Source of the DNA: Pyrinomonadaceae bacterium
GTDB taxonomy: Bacteria; Acidobacteriota; Blastocatellia; Pyrinomonadales; Pyrinomonadaceae
DNA: 64,000 bases
Direction: 5' to 3'
Assembly: GCA_035295985.1 (NCBI GenBank)
Contig: DATHBT010000004.1
Location: 4,170 to 68,169 of the forward strand
Shown here one piece after another: positions 59,822 through 64,000 of the stretch. The notes beneath the pieces are model-generated. The model made no database searches and was not told where the DNA came from. It was given only the letters and a program-made list of their open reading frames with translations. The position numbers and the translations under genes are program-made. The first letter of the stretch is position 1. Each line of letters opens with the position of its first letter.

Positions 59822-61096
59822 ATGAGTTACCGGTTCCAGAAGTTCACGACCATCTACCCTGCTTTTCTCCGACAGTTCTTAGCTGACAACCCGGCATACG
59901 AACGTCTGTCCTACCGTGAGCTGTACGACAAGCTCGTCAGTACGCGGTACGGTTGGGCCGACTTCTTCGCGAATCACTTACAGAACTTGGGCAACGAGGC
60001 GCAGGACCTGTTTGCCTCCGTCGAGCCGTTGCAAAAGGCCTGGGCCAAGGAGAACGGCGTCAGTTACGGCGAAAGCAGTTGGTTAAAAGATATCGTCCTT
60101 GCGCAAGTTAGAGCCTTCAAGCCGGACGTTCTGTTTCTGCAGGACCTTTATTTATTTGACCAAGGCTTCCGGCAGCAACTGCGGGAGACCTGCGGGGAAA
60201 AAGTCCTGATCCTCGGCTGGAGGGCCGCGCCCACGCCGGATTTCAGCGCCTTCAAGGACTTGGACGTCATCCTCACTTGCGTCCCGAATTTCGTGCAGAA
60301 CTTACGGCGGAACGGCGCCAACGCCGCGCTTATGCCGATGGCCTTCGAAGACTCGACGCTGGGCGCGGTCGGCCCGGCGGCGGAGAGGGATTTAGATTTT
60401 ACCTTCGCCGGGAGTTTAGGCGCCCACGACGGTCATCACGCCGAGCGCCACGCCCTCATCGAGAAACTCCTCCGCTCTACGCCGCTGCAGGTGTGGAGTG
60501 AGATCGGGGGTGGGCGGCCGCAACCGCGCGCGGACTCCTTCTTGGAAAGGGTCGGCCACAAGGCCAATGAAGTCCTGAGTCGCGCGGGAACACCGGAGCG
60601 GCTACGAGCGAGACTGCCCTTGGTCAGGCGCGGGGGCGCAAGGGCGGCCGATCCAGCATCCCAGTCAATAAATCAGCGCCACCCGGGCAGGTTTCACCAA
60701 CCGGTATTCGGCTTTGAATACTTCAAGATTCTAGCGAGATCGAAGATCGCCTTCAACAGCCACATAGATTGCTCCGAGGATTTCGCGGGCAATATGCGCC
60801 TGTACGAGGCCACGGGGATGGGCGCCTGTTTAATCACCGACTGGAAAAAGAACCTCCCCGACATCTTCGATCCCGACGTTGAGGTAGTGACCTACCGGGG
60901 CGCTGAGGAGTGTGTAGAAAAAGTTCTCTACCTGCTCGACCACGAGGAAGAGCGCCGGGCAGTGGCCGCCGCCGGCCAACGGCGGACGCTACGCGACCAC
61001 ACCCTCGCCAAACGGGCGGCGCAACTGGACGAGATCATACGGAGTACACATGCGAGCCGCGCAACCGTTACGACGCTTCATCCCACCCACGTGTAA
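59822..61096 (+). CDS. glycosyltransferase, CgeB-like (DUF3880 / Glyco_trans_1_2-like)
   Basis: The true start is ATG 59822 (MSYRFQKFTTIYPAF). The C-terminal KIAFNSHIDCSEDFAGNMRLYEATGMGACLITDWKKNLPDIFDPDVEVVTY resembles CgeB-type glycosyltransferases. Composition is AT-richer than the flanks. Confidence 0.6.
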   Translation: MSYRFQKFTTIYPAFLRQFLADNPAYERLSYRELYDKLVSTRYGWADFFANHLQNLGNEAQDLFASVEPLQKAWAKENGVSYGESSWLKDIVLAQVRAFKPDVLFLQDLYLFDQGFRQQLRETCGEKVLILGWRAAPTPDFSAFKDLDVILTCVPNFVQNLRRNGANAALMPMAFEDSTLGAVGPAAERDLDFTFAGSLGAHDGHHAERHALIEKLLRSTPLQVWSEIGGGRPQPRADSFLERVGHKANEVLSRAGTPERLRARLPLVRRGGARAADPASQSINQRHPGRFHQPVFGFEYFKILARSKIAFNSHIDCSEDFAGNMRLYEATGMGACLITDWKKNLPDIFDPDVEVVTYRGAEECVEKVLYLLDHEEERRAVAAAGQRRTLRDHTLAKRAAQLDEIIRSTHASRATVTTLHPTHV

Positions 61097-61871
61097 GCAC
61101 TGGTACCGGTGGCTCACGCGCCCGGCTTACCGCTACAAGGATCGGGAATTAAAAAGGCTCAGATCGCTGCCGCGCTACCACCCCACCGCAACACGGCTTC
61201 TCGGGGAGCCCCTGGAGGTCCCGGATGCCGCCTCGTTCCTCTTCATGTACAGGGAGATTTTCGAGCAGCAGATTTACAGGTTCGAGGCGGGCAGCCAGAC
61301 GCCGTTCATCATCGACGGGGGAGCCAACATAGGCTTAAGTATCATTTACTTCAAACAACTCTACCCGCAGAGCAGGGTCGTTGCCTTCGAGCCGGATTCC
61401 TCTGTGTTTCGGGCTCTGGAGGGTAACATCCGGAGGCGGGGCTACGGGGATGTTCAGCTCCACCGGGGCGCGCTGTGGTCCTCGGAAAAGGCTCTGAGCT
61501 TTATGGCGGAGGGGGCGGACGGCGGTCGTATAGCGCAAGCGGGCGACCCCGAGAATGTCGTCGTGCAGACGGTTCGCCTGCGCGATTACCTCAACCGGCC
61601 CGTCGACCTTCTAAAGCTAGACATCGAGGGCGCCGAGACGGAGGTCATTACGGACTGCGCCGACCTGCTGCGCAACGTGCAGAACCTTTTCGTCGAGTAC
61701 CACTCCTTCGAGGAGAAGCCGCAGACCTTACGGGAGGTCATCGACTGCCTCGCGGACGCGGGTTTCCGCCTGCACATCCACTCGATCAACGCCTCCCCGC
61801 AGCCACTGTTGCGTCGCTACGTCAGCCTCGGGATGGACATGCAGCTTAACATTTTCGCCTTTCGCTTATGA
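61050..61871 (+). CDS. FkbM family methyltransferase
   Basis: 273 aa with FIIDGGANIGLSIIYF and LLKLDIEGAETEV, the FkbM signatures. It overlaps the upstream gene by 47 nt. Confidence 0.8.
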   Translation: MRAAQPLRRFIPPTCKHWYRWLTRPAYRYKDRELKRLRSLPRYHPTATRLLGEPLEVPDAASFLFMYREIFEQQIYRFEAGSQTPFIIDGGANIGLSIIYFKQLYPQSRVVAFEPDSSVFRALEGNIRRRGYGDVQLHRGALWSSEKALSFMAEGADGGRIAQAGDPENVVVQTVRLRDYLNRPVDLLKLDIEGAETEVITDCADLLRNVQNLFVEYHSFEEKPQTLREVIDCLADAGFRLHIHSINASPQPLLRRYVSLGMDMQLNIFAFRL

Positions 61872-62710
61872 GGTCATATCTAAACCTGGGCTGCGGGCAG
61901 CGGTTCCGACGCGGGTGGACGAACGTCGACTTCGTCATGGGCGACCCGTCCGTTATGGCTCACGACCTGCGCCAAGGGATACCGTTCGAGGACGGCCGCT
62001 TCGACGTGGTCTACCACTCCCATCTGCTGGAGCACTTCTCGAAGGCGCGCGCCCAGCTCTTTCTGAAGGAGTGCTGGCGCGTCCTGAAGCCGGGGGGGAC
62101 ACTGCGGGTCGCCGTCCCGGACCTGGAGCGCATGGCGAGGGACTACTTGCAGTCGCTGGAGAGGGCGGTGGAGGGCGACGAGTCGTGGTGTCATAACTAC
62201 GATTGGATGATGCTGGAGTTGTACGACCAAGCCGTGCGCGAGCAGAGCGGGGGCGAGATGGCTGCCTTCCTGTTTCAGGAGAGCATACCAAATAAAGAGT
62301 TCGTGCTGAGCCGTACGGGCGTCGAAGCGCAGCGTATCATCGAAGGTGCGGAGCGGGCCCGGGCGGCCGAGGCGGCCGCGCCTCGGCCGCCTCGGGGCAG
62401 GTTGTTCCGGCGCCTTTTCCGACTTCTGCGTGACCCACTCTCCGGGCACGAAACGGTCATCAGGAAGTTGTTAGGTGACGAATACGAGTTGCTTCAGCTA
62501 GGTCGCTTTCGCCGCAGCGGGGAGATACACCTCTGGATGTATGACCGGCATTCGTTGGCCCGTGCGTTGTGCGGGTCGGGGTTCCGCAACCCGCGTCGCG
62601 TCGGCCCGGCCGAGAGCCGTGTGCCTAACTGGGCGGGTTACAATCTCGATACCGAGGCCGACGGCACGGTCTATAAGCCTGACTCGTTGTATATGGAAGC
62701 GCTCAAGTGA
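61868..62710 (+). CDS. class I SAM-dependent methyltransferase
   Basis: 280 aa with YLNLGCGQRFRRGWTNVDF, HSHLLEHF and LKPGGTLRVAVPD (Methyltransf_11/23-like). Confidence 0.7.
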   Translation: MRSYLNLGCGQRFRRGWTNVDFVMGDPSVMAHDLRQGIPFEDGRFDVVYHSHLLEHFSKARAQLFLKECWRVLKPGGTLRVAVPDLERMARDYLQSLERAVEGDESWCHNYDWMMLELYDQAVREQSGGEMAAFLFQESIPNKEFVLSRTGVEAQRIIEGAERARAAEAAAPRPPRGRLFRRLFRLLRDPLSGHETVIRKLLGDEYELLQLGRFRRSGEIHLWMYDRHSLARALCGSGFRNPRRVGPAESRVPNWAGYNLDTEADGTVYKPDSLYMEALK

Positions 62711-63975
62711 GGGGCGGGGACACAGAACGCTTGAATGTCGCATTCTTCAATGCCTCCGACCGCGCCAGCGGGGCGGAGGCGTTGATTCGCCAGACCGTGG
62801 AGGGGTTAATCGCGCGCGGCGTGGACGCGAGGCTTTACGCGCTGCGCTGCGAGACAGGCGCGCCCTACGTCCACCCGCTCCCCACGTTACGCGGCGAACA
62901 GCGTGTGGAGCGTAAATTCCGGAGCCTGACGGGGCGCAATGATTTCCTGTTCCCCTCGACGATGGCCCTGGGGCGGCGCGCCTGGATAAAGGATGCACAC
63001 ATCTGGCACTTCCACAACCTGCACGGCCACTACGTGTCAATCCCGCTGCTGGCCGCCCTGAGTCGCAAGCGCCCGATAGTCTTATCACCCGTCGACCAGT
63101 TCCTCTCAACGGGGTATTGCCCGTACACCCTCGGCTGCGAGCGGTATCGCGAAGCCTGCGGCAGTTGCCCGCAGTTGAGCCTGCGCTACCCGGGGATCGC
63201 CCGGGATGCCACTAGCGCCTTGCTCGGGATGAAGAGGGCCGCGGTGACCGGGTCCGGGTTCAACATCCTCGTCCATACCGACTACCTGGCCCGGCACTAC
63301 GCCTCCACTTTCGTCGGGAGCCGGCCGATCACACACATCTATTACGGCGTCGACACTCAGGTCTTCCGGCCCATGGAGCGGGAGGCTTGCGCCGCCGCCC
63401 TCGGTGTCCGGCCAATGCGTCGCTTTGTCGTCGGACTGTTCCACAGCCTCGTGGACGAGAAGCGTAAAGGGCTGCTTCCGCTTTTAGACCTGCTGCGGTC
63501 GCGCGCCGATGAAGTGCCGGGCGGGATCGAGGTCTTGATGGTCGGGCACATGAGCGAACGCGCCCGAACGTACGCGACGCCGAACATGCCCGTGACCACA
63601 CTCCCGTTCCTGAGGGAGGACCCGGAGTTGGCGGGCGCTTTAAATCTATGCGATGTGCTGTTATACCCTACCCAAGCTGACAACCTGTCGCTGACCTGCC
63701 TGGAGGCGCTGGCGTGCGGGGTGCCTGTCATCAGTTCCGATAGGGGCGGACAGCCCGAGGCTGTCAGGGACGGGGTTAACGGATTCCTTTGTGAGCCGGG
63801 CGACAATGACCGGATTATCGAACTCATAGGGCAGCTCGCCCGCGACGGCGAGTTGGTGCGACGGCTCTCCGCCGAGGCCCGCCGGACGGCGGTCGAGCAG
63901 TTTGACATAAACACCTATATCGATAATCTTATACCTTACTACCACCGTGTCCTTCGGCACGATATTCATGCATGA
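62707..63975 (+). CDS. family 4 (GT-B, group 1) glycosyltransferase
   Basis: 422 aa. LYPTQADNLSLTCLEALACGVPVISSDRGGQPEAVRDGVNGFL is the GT4 EX7E region. Confidence 0.85.
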   Translation: MRGGDTERLNVAFFNASDRASGAEALIRQTVEGLIARGVDARLYALRCETGAPYVHPLPTLRGEQRVERKFRSLTGRNDFLFPSTMALGRRAWIKDAHIWHFHNLHGHYVSIPLLAALSRKRPIVLSPVDQFLSTGYCPYTLGCERYREACGSCPQLSLRYPGIARDATSALLGMKRAAVTGSGFNILVHTDYLARHYASTFVGSRPITHIYYGVDTQVFRPMEREACAAALGVRPMRRFVVGLFHSLVDEKRKGLLPLLDLLRSRADEVPGGIEVLMVGHMSERARTYATPNMPVTTLPFLREDPELAGALNLCDVLLYPTQADNLSLTCLEALACGVPVISSDRGGQPEAVRDGVNGFLCEPGDNDRIIELIGQLARDGELVRRLSAEARRTAVEQFDINTYIDNLIPYYHRVLRHDIHA

Positions 63976-64000
63976 GCGTCAATCTTCACCCCGGCTCAGA
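63972..64000 (+). CDS. start of a further gene (unknown product), truncated by the window end
   Basis: ATG 63972 overlaps the preceding TGA (ATGA), the same coupling used all along this operon. Only 9 codons (MSVNLHPGS) are visible. Confidence 0.3.

Overview
High-GC bacterial chromosomal window with no rRNA, CRISPR array, transposase or integrase. It is probably from an Acidobacteriota-like genome; this is an inference from a secreted VWA protein of the acidobacterial VWFA type and from the general gene content. All family calls come from reading motifs in the supplied translations, and no searches were run.

Layout:
(i) 1-17.9 kb holds housekeeping and accessory genes: the 5' part of dnaE (open at the window edge and missing from the ORF track), an M3 peptidase, an LLM oxidoreductase, an FAD oxidoreductase, an esterase, a beta-lactamase-fold hydrolase, an APH(6)-like kinase, tRNA-Leu(CAA), a VWA protein, pta, a DUF2231 protein and mpl.
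(ii) 18.1-22.6 kb is a five-gene stressosome-type module: RsbR, RsbS, RsbT, an RsbT-like::PP2C fusion and an RsbT-like::histidine kinase fusion.
(iii) 24.1-30.7 kb is an accessory patch. It has a cytochrome P450 tightly following a HerA/DUF87 ATPase, a visibly AT-rich type II R-M island, a frameshifted PIN/UPF0175 toxin-antitoxin pair, and a DUF6883/DUF4926 pair.
(iv) 30.7-64 kb is a glycan biosynthesis and export region of more than 33 kb. It contains gmd with an aminotransferase, a Wzc-type tyrosine autokinase, rfbD, rfbB, kdsD, kdsA, two large secreted beta-helix/HYR proteins, wzm, wzt, a CDP-hexose branch with a C-methyltransferase, a WbpB/D/E-like trio, an AsnB-like amidotransferase, glycosyltransferases and five methyltransferases.

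The most unusual signal is non-coding. Several intergenic spacers, including every large intercistronic gap of the stressosome operon, are long hairpins whose arms are 4-5 tandem heptanucleotide units. The heptamer differs between loci. A separate nested-palindrome terminator element occurs twice.

Best candidates for under-described biology are the heptamer-hairpin class, the triple RsbT-domain stressosome output, and the partner-less HerA ATPase coupled to a P450. None can be proven from sequence alone.
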